Part shown: positions 8,992 to 19,589 of the stretch, piece after piece | Layout of the letters: each line of letters begins with the position of its first letter | Position numbering within the stretch: the stretch's first letter is position 1 | Origin: a virus | Length of the DNA stretch: 64,000 nucleotides | Reading direction: 5' to 3' (one strand) | IMG/VR virus record: IMGVR_UViG_3300009488_000019 | Coordinates: 5,128-69,127 of that record | Translations under genes and position numbers: made by a program | The notes under the pieces: model-generated | What the model was told of the DNA's origin: nothing | The model's database searches: none | The model's input: only the letters and a program-made list of their open reading frames with translations

Positions 8992-9486
8992 ATGGATATA
9001 AAAAACTATTTAATTCATTGCTATCTGTACTATGAGTTAAATGAGAGCATCATTTCAGATGAAGATTTTGATAAGCTCTGCGTGCGGCTGCTGGCCAACT
9101 GGCCTACGCAACAGTCGGTGTATAAGAAATACATCAGCAAGAACGATCTGGAAGCTGGCACCGGGTTTACCCTGTTTTACGATCACGAGACAAACAAACG
9201 GGATTACCCATCAGAGATTATCGAAACGGCCCAAACGAAATTGGCTGAGCATAGGGCACAGCGAGTGCTTCGTTACCGGGTAACCACAAACGATCCTGAC
9301 ATGCTGTATCTTAGTTTGAAGGACTGTGAGGACTGGTTTTTAATCGGTCTGGAAGTGGACTACAAACATTTCTTACGGGGTCACAAACAGAAAATGGCGC
9401 TGGGTGTTATTGAGCGCATCTGGAAAGAGAGGGAAGGTGAATCTAAGGATGATAGTGAGTCTGGCGATGATAGTGTTATCGCTTAA
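8992..9486 (+). CDS. protein with an NAD-dependent DNA ligase domain Ia-like N-terminus
   Basis: HCYLYYELNESIISDEDFDKL resembles LigA Y-Y...ISDxEYD; no adenylation domain. Confidence 0.6.
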   Translation: MDIKNYLIHCYLYYELNESIISDEDFDKLCVRLLANWPTQQSVYKKYISKNDLEAGTGFTLFYDHETNKRDYPSEIIETAQTKLAEHRAQRVLRYRVTTNDPDMLYLSLKDCEDWFLIGLEVDYKHFLRGHKQKMALGVIERIWKEREGESKDDSESGDDSVIA

Positions 9487-10022
9487 TGGATTAGCGGCGG
9501 CACATGAGACTGAGAAGTATAAACATCAACCAACCGGGCACCGGTATGGCGGCGGCTTTATGTGGGGTGGTATCTATAGAACCTACGTGAATGCAGAGAA
9601 AACCCTATGTCGTGATTTGATTTATACCCATACAAAGCTGCACGTCACTGACCCGTTTGAATGCACGCCAACTCTTAAACGAGTATACAAGGAGGAGTAA
9701 ATCATGAGAATTATTGGAAGCGTGGGCTTCGCCTTTCTAATAGGGGTGATGATTCACATTGATCAACCTGCTGTAGCTGCTGCTATGTTTACACTTTTCG
9801 TAGGGCTACTTATAGATGATGTCGTAATGGCAATCAGAGGGAGGTTCTAATGTCAGTCGAATTTGATAATCTGTATGACCGGGTGAGTGAACAAGAAACA
9901 CAACTGGAACGTCAGGCTATTGTGATTGAAAGTCTGGAATCCGAAATCGAAAATCTTAAAAAGAGGATGGACTCTGAGGTTAAGCGTCTTGATACTTTTA
10001 ATCGGAGTCATGTGGAGACAAT

Positions 10023-10835
10023 ATGATAGACGACAAATATTTTACCAGTGACATGCAAATGCACCGGGGCTACCGCTTTGAGCATGACTGCCCTACCGGG
10101 CCGGGCCGTGATAGGCCGCTGGTAGTCACTCGCATAGCAACCGGGTGGAAGTGGTTTTGTCACCGTTGTGGTGAGAAGGGCATCAAGTGGGCCAAAGGCT
10201 TAAGCCCGAAGGAATGGCTCAAGTTTAATCAGGCTCGTGAAGTGCAGGAGAATACGACTGTCTCAAAGGTCGCTCTTCCGCATGGTATGAGCAAACATAT
10301 CCCGGCAGTGGGCCTTGCGTGGCTTTATAAGTATGGTATTGAGGACGTTGACATAGATCAATACCAGATAGGCTACAGTTCAACGTTAAACCGGGTTGTG
10401 CTGCCAGTGTATGATGGGCTGGGAAAACTGGTTTACTATCAGGCCCGGAACCTTGGTAAAATAACAGATAAGAGTCCGAAGTATATGAACGTCAAAGCCA
10501 GAGGCCGTCAGGACATCTATTTTGAAATCTGTAATCCCTGTTTTGATGGTAAAAAGGTCATTATAGTTGAGGATATCCTCTCAGCTATTAGGGTAGGGCA
10601 TCAGCAAGACGTTATGGCCCTCCTGAATGCTTATATACCGGACGATCTTGTCTTTAGGCTTGCCAAGGTATACCCGTTAATCGTCTTATGGTTAGACCCC
10701 GATAAGTGGGATAGAATGCTAAAACGTACCAAACGTTTCCGGTCATTGGGATTGAACGTTAAAATGGTGCGGGTAAATCAAGACCCAAAATTCTATACCG
10801 ATGATGAAATCGGTCAAACAATCATGGAGGTATAA
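10023..10835 (+). CDS. DNA primase (Zn finger plus TOPRIM)
   Basis: HDCP...FCHRC zinc finger; YQAR, KY, IVEDILSA, WLDPD. Confidence 0.85.
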   Translation: MIDDKYFTSDMQMHRGYRFEHDCPTGPGRDRPLVVTRIATGWKWFCHRCGEKGIKWAKGLSPKEWLKFNQAREVQENTTVSKVALPHGMSKHIPAVGLAWLYKYGIEDVDIDQYQIGYSSTLNRVVLPVYDGLGKLVYYQARNLGKITDKSPKYMNVKARGRQDIYFEICNPCFDGKKVIIVEDILSAIRVGHQQDVMALLNAYIPDDLVFRLAKVYPLIVLWLDPDKWDRMLKRTKRFRSLGLNVKMVRVNQDPKFYTDDEIGQTIMEV

Positions 10836-11756
10836 AATGGGAAAGAGACAGAAGCAAGCTGATCTGGAAGAGAATCTTATAGGCCTTGCCTATCTGGACT
10901 TTGTTGGATTGAATAAAGCAGCGGAGAAGGGTACCAAAATCCACAAGGACATGGAGATTAAGGGTGTTGTAACTGGCCGGGTGACGAAGACGGAGCGTAT
11001 CTGGTGCCCCTTTGCAGAGCAAACTGGCTTCGACTGTAAGAACATTGGAGTTGAGGAAAGCTGCACAGACGGTAAGAATCCCTGTCTTCGGGTAGGTGAG
11101 GACTCACCGTCAGACAGACCGTTCGATGGCCTTGACCCGTGGGAATTTAAACGACAAATCAGTCCGACTCACATGAACTTTGAATAGGAGGTTAAAATGA
11201 CCCCAGCATTAAAAGAAGTATTGGATAACATCATGGACGTATTCACCGGGGCCGATGGTGGCGCAGACTATTGCAAAGTACGATGGGCATTAGAGAAGTT
11301 TGAGCAAGGTGCCCTTGACGGTAGCAAATCGTCAATGGATATTCTCGACATCGTCATTAAATTTTCAAAACTATTAACCATCTTAAAAGAAAGGGTGGAT
11401 TAAATGGAATGGTTATGGGACATGGTCTTACGACCGGCATTAATTTTAATGTTCATTGCAGGGATAGGCTGTGCGCTTATCTCACTGTACTGGCAGTGGC
11501 AGGACTACTGCTGGAAATACGGAAAGGGGAAGTATAAAAATGACAAAGCAAACCAAAGAGCGTAAACGAATTAAGGCTGCGCAGCGAAGGTCACGCACCT
11601 GTGACCGGGCTTTCAAGCGTAAGAAATCAGGGAGGCCTTGCTAATGGATACGTTAACTGTATACTGGTACGCCATTAAGTATTGGGCTGGCGGCACTCCG
11701 TGGGAGAAAGCCTTTGAAACTGCTGTCAGCATTGTTAATGGCTGGAAGGAGGACTA

Positions 11757-12275
11757 ATGTATTATTTTACGAGCGACCAACATTTCGATCACATCAATAT
11801 CATTAAGCACTGCTACCGGCCTTTCAGGACGGTGGATGAAATGAATGAGAACATCATGAACGCTTGGAACCTGACGGTTACAAAGGACGATGTTGTAGTC
11901 GTGGCCGGTGACATTTCAATGCTTCCATCGGCTGATCTAATTCACAAAAGGTTTTTATCTAAGCTGAACGGCAATAAAGTTTTCCTTCGTGGGAACCATG
12001 ATCACTGGATGAAGGAAAAACGCTACATCTACAATAAACGGATCGAAGGCGTGCATGTATCTGTCTGTCACTATCCCATGCGTACGTGGCAGAACAGCAA
12101 TCACGGAGCTTGGCAACTGCATGGCCACTCGCACGGAACGCTGGAGCCGTTCTACAACCAATTGGATATCGGGATCGACAATGCTTTCAAAATCTTTGGG
12201 AGCTATCGACCATTCTCTTTTAATGAAGTCAAAGCAATCATGGAGGCGCAAGATGATCAAACAAACATTCTCTGA
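11757..12275 (+). CDS. calcineurin-like metallophosphoesterase
   Basis: SDQHFDH, GD, GNHD, CHYP, HGHSH motifs. Confidence 0.9.
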   Translation: MYYFTSDQHFDHINIIKHCYRPFRTVDEMNENIMNAWNLTVTKDDVVVVAGDISMLPSADLIHKRFLSKLNGNKVFLRGNHDHWMKEKRYIYNKRIEGVHVSVCHYPMRTWQNSNHGAWQLHGHSHGTLEPFYNQLDIGIDNAFKIFGSYRPFSFNEVKAIMEAQDDQTNIL

Positions 12276-13425
12276 TAAGCCGGTCAACATCTTTGGCATT
12301 GGCAATATCCAGCCAAAGGCACTGACGCAGTTAGAACAGTGTATGGAACCGGATTGGGTAATTCGAGCAGCAGCAATGGCCGATATGCATCTGGGCTACA
12401 CTATGCCGATCGGTGGAGTGGTTCTAACCGATAAAGCCATGATCATACCTTCATGGGTTGGTTACGACATTGGCTGTGGCGTATCTGGTATCCGTACAAC
12501 CTTTGATCCACGGGAGATACGGAGCAAGTCGCAAGAGATTTTCGACAACATCTATCGGATGGTACCGACCGGTAGGAATTGGAACCAGTATGAACCTGCT
12601 GGGTATACTGCGCATCTGGAGGGCATGCCAATGTCCTTTTGGATGGCTGATAATTATAAGGAAAAGAAAGCTGGCGCTCAGCTTGGTACGTTAGGTTCTG
12701 GAAACCATTTTATAGAAATTGGTATTGATATGTTCGATGCGGTTTGGATCATCGTACATTCGGGATCACGGAACCTTGGGCATAACGTTGCCAGCCGCTA
12801 CATTGCGGAGGCATGTGGTCATGCAACCGGTGTTTACAAGCAGAAAGAGGGTAGTCACCCTTTGATTGTTGGTACGGAACCCGGCAATGACTACGTGACA
12901 GATATGAATTTTTGTTTGGAGTTTGCCCTATTAAATCGGAAGGTGATTTTGGATAGGGTGGAAACAGCCATTCAATCTGTCTCATGTGATGGAGGTATGA
13001 CTGCGATCACATTAATCAATAAAAACCACAACAGTGCAGTGTTGGCCACGTATGGGTTTGGTGAAGAAACAGTACAGGGTTGGCTGCACAGGAAGGGAGC
13101 AACTGATGCAAGCGAAGGCGTTAAAGGGATTATTCCGGGCAACATGCGGGACGGCAGCTATATTGTCACAGGAAGAGGCAACGTGGATAGTCTCTTTTCG
13201 GCATCTCATGGAGCAGGTCGAATTGGCTCACGCAGAGAAGCTAAAGAGGAGACAACTCTTCAAGCGTTTGCAGAGAGCATGGAGGGTATCACGGCACGAG
13301 TCTCACTTGCTACGCTGGACGAGAATCCTTTGGCATATAAAAACTTCGAGTCTGTCATGTCGGCGCAAGAAGACTGTGTAAAAGTGATCGACCAAATCAA
13401 ACCATTAATCAATATCAAAGCATAG
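12253..13425 (+). CDS. rtcB: RtcB-family RNA ligase
   Basis: DMHLG, PIGG, VGYDIGCG, GTLGSGNHF, HSGSR, HN, HRKGA, IPGNM, SHGAGR, DENP-AYK; ATG 12253 after GGAGG. Confidence 0.95.
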   Translation: MIKQTFSDKPVNIFGIGNIQPKALTQLEQCMEPDWVIRAAAMADMHLGYTMPIGGVVLTDKAMIIPSWVGYDIGCGVSGIRTTFDPREIRSKSQEIFDNIYRMVPTGRNWNQYEPAGYTAHLEGMPMSFWMADNYKEKKAGAQLGTLGSGNHFIEIGIDMFDAVWIIVHSGSRNLGHNVASRYIAEACGHATGVYKQKEGSHPLIVGTEPGNDYVTDMNFCLEFALLNRKVILDRVETAIQSVSCDGGMTAITLINKNHNSAVLATYGFGEETVQGWLHRKGATDASEGVKGIIPGNMRDGSYIVTGRGNVDSLFSASHGAGRIGSRREAKEETTLQAFAESMEGITARVSLATLDENPLAYKNFESVMSAQEDCVKVIDQIKPLINIKA

Positions 13426-13437
13426 GAGATTGACAAC

Positions 13438-13680
13438 ATGAAAAAACAGCCGAAGATTGCAGTTCTATTGAAAGATAAACGGAACCCGGTACACGCATGT
13501 ATAGGTTGTCCTAAAGCTGGGACATGGACGGCAACAGGGTATGAGTGCCCTGTGTTTGCAGAGCCAGCCAAGACCTATAACATTCGTACATTCGGTATTT
13601 GCCCTCACAATAAACCCGTGGCCGTAGTCAAGAAGATGGTGACTCAGGGTCAGCAAAAACAGAGAAAGGGGAAAAGATAA
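13438..13680 (+). CDS. small Cys-containing basic protein
   Basis: AGGAG RBS; CxxC..C..C. Confidence 0.55.
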   Translation: MKKQPKIAVLLKDKRNPVHACIGCPKAGTWTATGYECPVFAEPAKTYNIRTFGICPHNKPVAVVKKMVTQGQQKQRKGKR

Positions 13681-13681
13681 T

Positions 13682-14902
13682 ATGCAAGAGGTTACGATCC
13701 TAAAGGCTATGCAGGATTTTCAAGCGTTCTCGAAGTACTCACGGGTGCTGTTTAAAATCCCTAACTTCGAGCAAGACGCTAAGTCAATCCTGCTGGCCAT
13801 CCAGAAGTATTATCAGAAGTATACAGATAAAAAGCTGATCACGCATGATGAAATAGAAGCCTTCTATCAGTACCTGTATCCCCAGAAGAAGGATATGGCC
13901 GCAGTGGGCTTGCTGTTTACGGGCATGAGGAACGCTGAGATTGCGAATACGGAGCTATTGCAAGACCTGCTTAACCAAACAGTGGAGCAATACCTATCGG
14001 TCGATATAGCAGACGTGGCCACGGCTGTCATGCAGGAGTCACGGGGCACCGGCATTGAAGAGATTAGATCGTTGGTTCGGAAGTACGATGAAGTCACCGG
14101 GCTGATTGACGAGATTGAAAACGATGTGTGTAACCTGAAAGCTGCGGAACTGGTGGCCAAGGCCTCTGGTGAAGGGCTGCGGTTTCGGTTGAAGTGGCTC
14201 CGAAACACCTATGGCTTGCTGAGGCCCGGTACGCTGGGCCATATCTTTGCACGGCCCGATGCTGGGAAGACTTCATTGGCCTTGAATGAACTCTGTTATA
14301 TGGCAAGGCAGCTTAGTCCTGACCGGCCCGGTCTATACCTTAATAATGAAGAGGGTATCGAACGGATCAAGTTAAGGGCCATGTCTTCGATGATGTCAGT
14401 GAAGGTGGAATACATTGAAGCCAATCCTGCGAAGTCAGATGATATCTGGGAGAATGAATACAAGGGTGACAACATCAAATTCATTGGTGGGATTAACCAT
14501 ATCAGCATGGTCGTTCAGAAGCTGGAACGGTTTAAGCCCCGTGTCATTGTGATTGATCAAGGCCCGAAGGTTGATACTTACGGGAACCTTGAGGGTGTTG
14601 CCCGGCTTCAAATTCTTTACAATACCTATCGTGATCTGGCCAATGAGCATGACTGTTCGATCATCACGTTAGGTCAGGCTGACAATAACGCTGAGAATAG
14701 AAAGTACCTGAGCCTCAACAATCTTGACGCATCCAAAGTCGCCATTCAAGGCGAGTTAGATTGGTGCCTTGGGATCGGTAGAGTGGACGCTGAGGGTTAT
14801 GAAGAGGTACGCTATCTCAGCAACGTTAAAAATAAATTAACTGGCCGGTATGGTAAAGGCGAAGTTCGATTTGATATTCAGAAATGCCGGTTCATGGATT
14901 AG
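13682..14902 (+). CDS. DnaB/T7 gp4-like replicative helicase
   Basis: Walker A ARPDAGKT, NNEE, VIVIDQ, GQA, SK..IQGELD, KNK. Confidence 0.85.
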   Translation: MQEVTILKAMQDFQAFSKYSRVLFKIPNFEQDAKSILLAIQKYYQKYTDKKLITHDEIEAFYQYLYPQKKDMAAVGLLFTGMRNAEIANTELLQDLLNQTVEQYLSVDIADVATAVMQESRGTGIEEIRSLVRKYDEVTGLIDEIENDVCNLKAAELVAKASGEGLRFRLKWLRNTYGLLRPGTLGHIFARPDAGKTSLALNELCYMARQLSPDRPGLYLNNEEGIERIKLRAMSSMMSVKVEYIEANPAKSDDIWENEYKGDNIKFIGGINHISMVVQKLERFKPRVIVIDQGPKVDTYGNLEGVARLQILYNTYRDLANEHDCSIITLGQADNNAENRKYLSLNNLDASKVAIQGELDWCLGIGRVDAEGYEEVRYLSNVKNKLTGRYGKGEVRFDIQKCRFMD

Positions 14903-14912
14903 GAGGGAGATT

Positions 14913-15455
14913 ATGTTTCAGACAATCTTTTTGGATATGGACGGAGTCATTGTAGACTTCGATGAAGGGGTACGGCAACGCTACAACGTGGCATGGTACC
15001 CTACTGAATTTAAACTTCCGTATAAAAAATTCGGTGTAACCTTTGAAGAGTTCTGGAAAGACATGGAAGACCCCGACTTTTGGGCCGACCTTCCGTGGCA
15101 TGGTGACGGTAAACGGATTCAGGCAATAGTGGAACCGTTCAAACCTACCATTCTAAGCGCCGCATTCAACGCTGGTACGATCCAAGGCAAACTGGAATGG
15201 CTGAACCAGAATTACCCGGATACGATGGCACAGGGGCAACGTAGAGTGCTTCTCGCTAACGGTCATGAAGCGAAACAGGCTGTTGCGGGGCCGGGTAAAA
15301 TCTTGATTGATGATCGTAATTCAAACATTGATCAATGGGAAGCTGCCGGGGGTGTTGGTATCCTTTATCCCCGACCTTGGAATCGTATGGCCTATGTGCG
15401 ATACCCGATTGAATACCTTATGAGCAGCCTCATGAATGCAATAGGTGGCAAGTGA
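14913..15455 (+). CDS. HAD-family 5'(3')-deoxyribonucleotidase-like protein
   Basis: FLDMDGVIVDF, K..WL, LIDDR, PWN. Confidence 0.85.
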   Translation: MFQTIFLDMDGVIVDFDEGVRQRYNVAWYPTEFKLPYKKFGVTFEEFWKDMEDPDFWADLPWHGDGKRIQAIVEPFKPTILSAAFNAGTIQGKLEWLNQNYPDTMAQGQRRVLLANGHEAKQAVAGPGKILIDDRNSNIDQWEAAGGVGILYPRPWNRMAYVRYPIEYLMSSLMNAIGGK

Positions 15456-17383
15456 GGACTGTAGCGCTGGACGTTGAAACGAGTAAGGCTCCTATTCTGC
15501 ATCCGTGGCAAGAGGGTGCAGAGCTTGTCTGTGTGGGCCTTGCTGATGAAAGCGGCTGGCGGCGAACGTGGGTATTTAACCATGACGAACTGGATGATCT
15601 TGAAACCCAGCGAGAAAAGATAGATGAAATCCAAGCAGAGATTATTAACTGCTCTCGCATCGTTGGCCATAATTTAAAGTTCGATCTTAACTGGCTCAGA
15701 GAGCTTGGAGTCCGGTCAGGGCATGCTAAGCTATGGTGTACGCAGGTTGTAGAGTACCTGCTGAACTCACAGCGCATAGGCGACCTCTCACTGGAAGAGT
15801 TATCCAAGCGGTACCTCAATATTCATAAGATCGACCGGGTCAAAACCATGTGGGATGCTGGGTACGAAACACGAGAGGTTCCTTTGCGAATACTCTTGCC
15901 GTATTGTGAGCAGGATTGTATCAATGCTCTGGCAATCTATCAGCTACAGGTACCTTTGGTTGAAGTAAACCGTCTTAAGGAATTGGCTGCAATCCAGAAT
16001 GAAAATACTCGTGTGCTGTCTACAATAGAACGCAACGGTATGTTACTCAACGTGGAAGTGGCCTTACAGCATGTGAAGGCACTGAGATTACAACTCGAAG
16101 TGTTGGATACAGAAATTAAGATGGTAGTTGGATATGATTTTAACCTTAGCAGTGGGCACGAATTATCAGCCATGTTATTTGGTGGCGTTATCAAACGGCC
16201 CCGTGAAGAGTGGGTGATTCGGGAGTTGAAGTCAAAGCCTGAGTCAACCTATAAAATGCGGGTAGTCTATGATGAAGTCAAAGTCAAAGGTATGGGCTTT
16301 AAAGCTGATAAGAAAATGAAAACCAAACGAGACGGTGTCTACAAAACTGACAAGAATACGATCAAGTTTTTAACGGCAAAAACCAAAGACCAGCGCAATT
16401 TAAAGAAGTGGTTATTTGAACGCTCAGGCGCTGCTAAAGCACTTGAATCTTTATTGGGTGACAATGGTACAGGTATCATTAACAAGGTAGTCAATGGTCT
16501 GGTGCATCCGAAGTATAACATGACGGTGACCAAGACCGGACGACTCTCTTCCAGTGATCCTAACGGCCAGAACCTACCCCGTGAAGGAACGAGTCCAATT
16601 AAGCTATCCTTCGTTGCACGCTTTGACTACATTCTTGAATGTGATATCTCCAAAGCAGAATGGGTGGCCGTGGCAGTACTCTGTAGGGATGCGGTAATGA
16701 TGCAGGAGATACATGATGGTGTTGACCCGCATACAGAGAACGCTAAGAATTTCTTTGGGGCTAAGTTCGATAGGAACGGTGAGCCTTTAACTAAAAAGGA
16801 TTCGGAGCTACGTACTGTTGCAAAGATCATGACCTTCCGTTTGATCTATGGTGGTTCGGCCTATTCATTTTACATGGATCAGAAGATGCCTAACCTCTCC
16901 AAGAAAAAATGGGAAGAAATCGTGGAAGCGTTTTACGAGAAGTACAAAGGCTTGGCCAAATGGCAAGCTGAAAATGTTAGGTTGGTTTACCGTAACAACG
17001 GTGTTCTACGTAATCCTACTGGTAGAAAGTTCCGCTTCTTTAAGGGGCCAAAAGGATACCGACCGCAGCAGGTTAAAAACTTCCCGGTGCAAGCGTTTGC
17101 TACGGCTGATATAATGCCGCTGGCAATGATCATCATCTATAAGAAGTTTGTGAAGGCTGGATTCAAATCCCTTATAGTGGGTCAGGTTCATGACGCTTTG
17201 ATCTTTGACGTTTACAAAGAAGAAATGGAGGCTATTGCCACAATGTGCAGAGACGTATTCCGTAAGCTGCCAGAGTACGTAATGCAGGTATGGCCTGAGA
17301 TTAACTTTGACCTTCCGATGGACGGTGACGCTGACTATGGGGAGAGTTGGGGTGATCTACAAAAACTTAAACTCGCAGCATAG
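15452..17383 (+). CDS. family A DNA polymerase with 3'-5' exonuclease
   Basis: LDVET, GHNLKFD, YCEQD exonuclease motifs; TGRLSSSDPNGQN, DISKAE, RTVAKIMTFRLIYG, QVHD. Confidence 0.95.
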   Translation: MRTVALDVETSKAPILHPWQEGAELVCVGLADESGWRRTWVFNHDELDDLETQREKIDEIQAEIINCSRIVGHNLKFDLNWLRELGVRSGHAKLWCTQVVEYLLNSQRIGDLSLEELSKRYLNIHKIDRVKTMWDAGYETREVPLRILLPYCEQDCINALAIYQLQVPLVEVNRLKELAAIQNENTRVLSTIERNGMLLNVEVALQHVKALRLQLEVLDTEIKMVVGYDFNLSSGHELSAMLFGGVIKRPREEWVIRELKSKPESTYKMRVVYDEVKVKGMGFKADKKMKTKRDGVYKTDKNTIKFLTAKTKDQRNLKKWLFERSGAAKALESLLGDNGTGIINKVVNGLVHPKYNMTVTKTGRLSSSDPNGQNLPREGTSPIKLSFVARFDYILECDISKAEWVAVAVLCRDAVMMQEIHDGVDPHTENAKNFFGAKFDRNGEPLTKKDSELRTVAKIMTFRLIYGGSAYSFYMDQKMPNLSKKKWEEIVEAFYEKYKGLAKWQAENVRLVYRNNGVLRNPTGRKFRFFKGPKGYRPQQVKNFPVQAFATADIMPLAMIIIYKKFVKAGFKSLIVGQVHDALIFDVYKEEMEAIATMCRDVFRKLPEYVMQVWPEINFDLPMDGDADYGESWGDLQKLKLAA

Positions 17384-17399
17384 AATTGGAGAGAAAAAA

Positions 17400-17609
17400 A
17401 TGACAAAGAAAAACACGAAAACTAACATGGTATTGGCCCACCTTTTATCTGGACGCTCAATCACTCAGCTTGAAGCTCAGGCAGAGTACTCACTGTTCAG
17501 ACTTCCGGTGATCATCGCCACGCTGCGGGATCAGGGGTATTACATCAAATGCACCACCAAAACAGCGGTTAACGGTACCCGTTATGGCCGCTACACAATG
17601 GGAGGGTAA
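17400..17609 (+). CDS. winged HTH protein
   Basis: HLLSGRSITQLEA...RL...IATLRDQGY. Confidence 0.65.
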   Translation: MTKKNTKTNMVLAHLLSGRSITQLEAQAEYSLFRLPVIIATLRDQGYYIKCTTKTAVNGTRYGRYTMGG

Positions 17610-17779
17610 CATGGCAGACAAGTATACGGAGCAAACGGCTAAGGCTCTGTTGCAGAACCACGGCATTAAGTTTGATGGCCACAGCATTTCCGTAAAGCGC
17701 TGTGGTATCAAGCTGTGGGGAGCAATCGACTATCTGGTTAACAACCATGAGTACTTCTACATGAAGGAGGAAAATAAAA

Positions 17780-18115
17780 ATGCCTAAAAGATTTTGTGTT
17801 ATCTGCGAAAAGCAGTTGGCTGAGGCGAACAAAGAGGACAGATGTTTTTGTCACCAAGCGGGGATGATCGTCCATGAGCATATACCGGTCACTGGTTGTA
17901 CGTCATGGAAACCCGCTATGGAATCCGGTGCGAACGCACCTTCAGAAGTGCCCTCACCGGGGGATGATGGTTACAATGATCTGGCCTTTGACAAAACTGT
18001 GGTAGGTGCCATTGACGAAGATGGAAGTATTTATGAGGTTGACCTTGGTGAACTGCCGCCGATAACCAAAGAGTTTTATGAGGCTGATACGATCATAAAC
18101 GAAACGGGAATATAA
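17780..18115 (+). CDS. hypothetical protein with a Zn-finger-like N-terminus
   Basis: CxxC..CxxH; AAGGAGG RBS. Confidence 0.55.
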   Translation: MPKRFCVICEKQLAEANKEDRCFCHQAGMIVHEHIPVTGCTSWKPAMESGANAPSEVPSPGDDGYNDLAFDKTVVGAIDEDGSIYEVDLGELPPITKEFYEADTIINETGI

Positions 18116-18129
18116 ACCTTTAACTTTGA

Positions 18130-18804
18130 ATGGAGATTATCATTATGATTTTAGAAATTACAGGATTAGAAAGAGGTACCATTACATCGAAAGCTGGGAA
18201 GGCTCTGACCGGCCTAACCGTCATTGGTATTAAGATTGACCGTGATGGAAACGCCGGGGAAGAGTACGAAAAGTTTTTGATGGATTGGAAAAACACCGAT
18301 GAAATTGCGGTGCTGGAAGAGGCCGGTATCGGTGCGACCGTTAACATGCGGTCAGTCAAGGACGGTAACTTCTGGAATCTTGACAGTGTTGAGATTATGG
18401 AAGAGGGCACCGGCCAGAGTTCAACCCCCTCCACTGCTAAGGAGCAACCCGCTACACAGACCCCGGACGGCCCCGCTACTGCACAGCCTAAGAACGCCAC
18501 GGCTGCCCCGGCCCCAGAAGTGGTCACTCTTGCAGCTTCTGTGGAAGCCATGCGGATTGAAGCTCTGAAAGCAGCGGTGAAGTTAACCGATGCGATCCTT
18601 AAATCTGACCCACGTTTTAAGTCCCTGCTGCCGGTCACCAAGACCAATGTGGAGATTGTGAGTCAAATGACCCTTGAGAATGCCTCAAAATTTGAGTCGT
18701 TTATTAAGGGTGGGGCCAAAGCTGATGTTGCATCTGATGCGGCTGATCTGAATACCGATGGAGTGGACGCTGAGGAGCCGTCAATGCCCGGTGACGAAGA
18801 CTAA
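18130..18804 (+). CDS. putative ssDNA-binding protein
   Basis: OB-like beta-rich N-terminus, linker and acidic C-tail; located in the replication module. Confidence 0.45.
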   Translation: MEIIIMILEITGLERGTITSKAGKALTGLTVIGIKIDRDGNAGEEYEKFLMDWKNTDEIAVLEEAGIGATVNMRSVKDGNFWNLDSVEIMEEGTGQSSTPSTAKEQPATQTPDGPATAQPKNATAAPAPEVVTLAASVEAMRIEALKAAVKLTDAILKSDPRFKSLLPVTKTNVEIVSQMTLENASKFESFIKGGAKADVASDAADLNTDGVDAEEPSMPGDED

Positions 18805-19074
18805 TTAACCGGGGTTATCCGTTAACGTAGCAGACCATCAACGAGTGCATGGTGAGCGTTAGCGGGTAACCTCTAACCGAAAGGAAACCTAAATGAAATT
18901 CAAACTAAAGAAAAAGGATGCCAAGATTATCCGAAATTTCTTGGGTGGCACTTCGACCTGTGACATCACGGAATTTTGTGAAAAGAACGGGTTTAAAAAT
19001 GGCACAGAGATTGATGATAGTCTCTTCATGCTCTACAAGGCGCTGGAAAATACGGCCAAACCGGAGCAGTTCTG

Positions 19075-19584
19075 ATGCTAACCGTGCCCATCACAACGGC
19101 CATGTATACAGAGGCCAAGGAACTTGCAGATGCGCAGGGTGCCCTTAAGGGATCAATTAGGTTTGGTCAGGGAAACATTTACGGCTATCTTGGAGAAGCT
19201 ATTTTTCAGAAGCTCTATGAATGCGTCCGGGTTAATGACTACGAACATGACTTTGTGATTAACCGTTACGACCAAGACATCAAAGTCGATGTCAAAACCA
19301 AAATGACTTCCTACAAACCACTGCCTGAGTACGAAGCATCTGTCACTAAGATGCCGAAGCAGCAGGAAACACATATCTATTTCTTTTGCCGTGTCCATAA
19401 GGATACCAGAAAAGGGTGGGCAATTGGATGGGAGTTTTCAGATGTGTTTTTCAAGACCTGCTATCTGAAAGAGAAAGGCGACAAAGACCCTTCCAATGGG
19501 ATGATCTGTAAACGCACCTGTTGGAACATCTATCATAATCAACTGCGCAGTCCAGAGAGTCTGTGCAATTATATCGGGAGGTAA
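19075..19584 (+). CDS. PD-(D/E)XK nuclease-like protein
   Basis: GE..F, HDF, VDVKT. Confidence 0.6.
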   Translation: MLTVPITTAMYTEAKELADAQGALKGSIRFGQGNIYGYLGEAIFQKLYECVRVNDYEHDFVINRYDQDIKVDVKTKMTSYKPLPEYEASVTKMPKQQETHIYFFCRVHKDTRKGWAIGWEFSDVFFKTCYLKEKGDKDPSNGMICKRTCWNIYHNQLRSPESLCNYIGR

Positions 19585-19589
19585 TCTAC

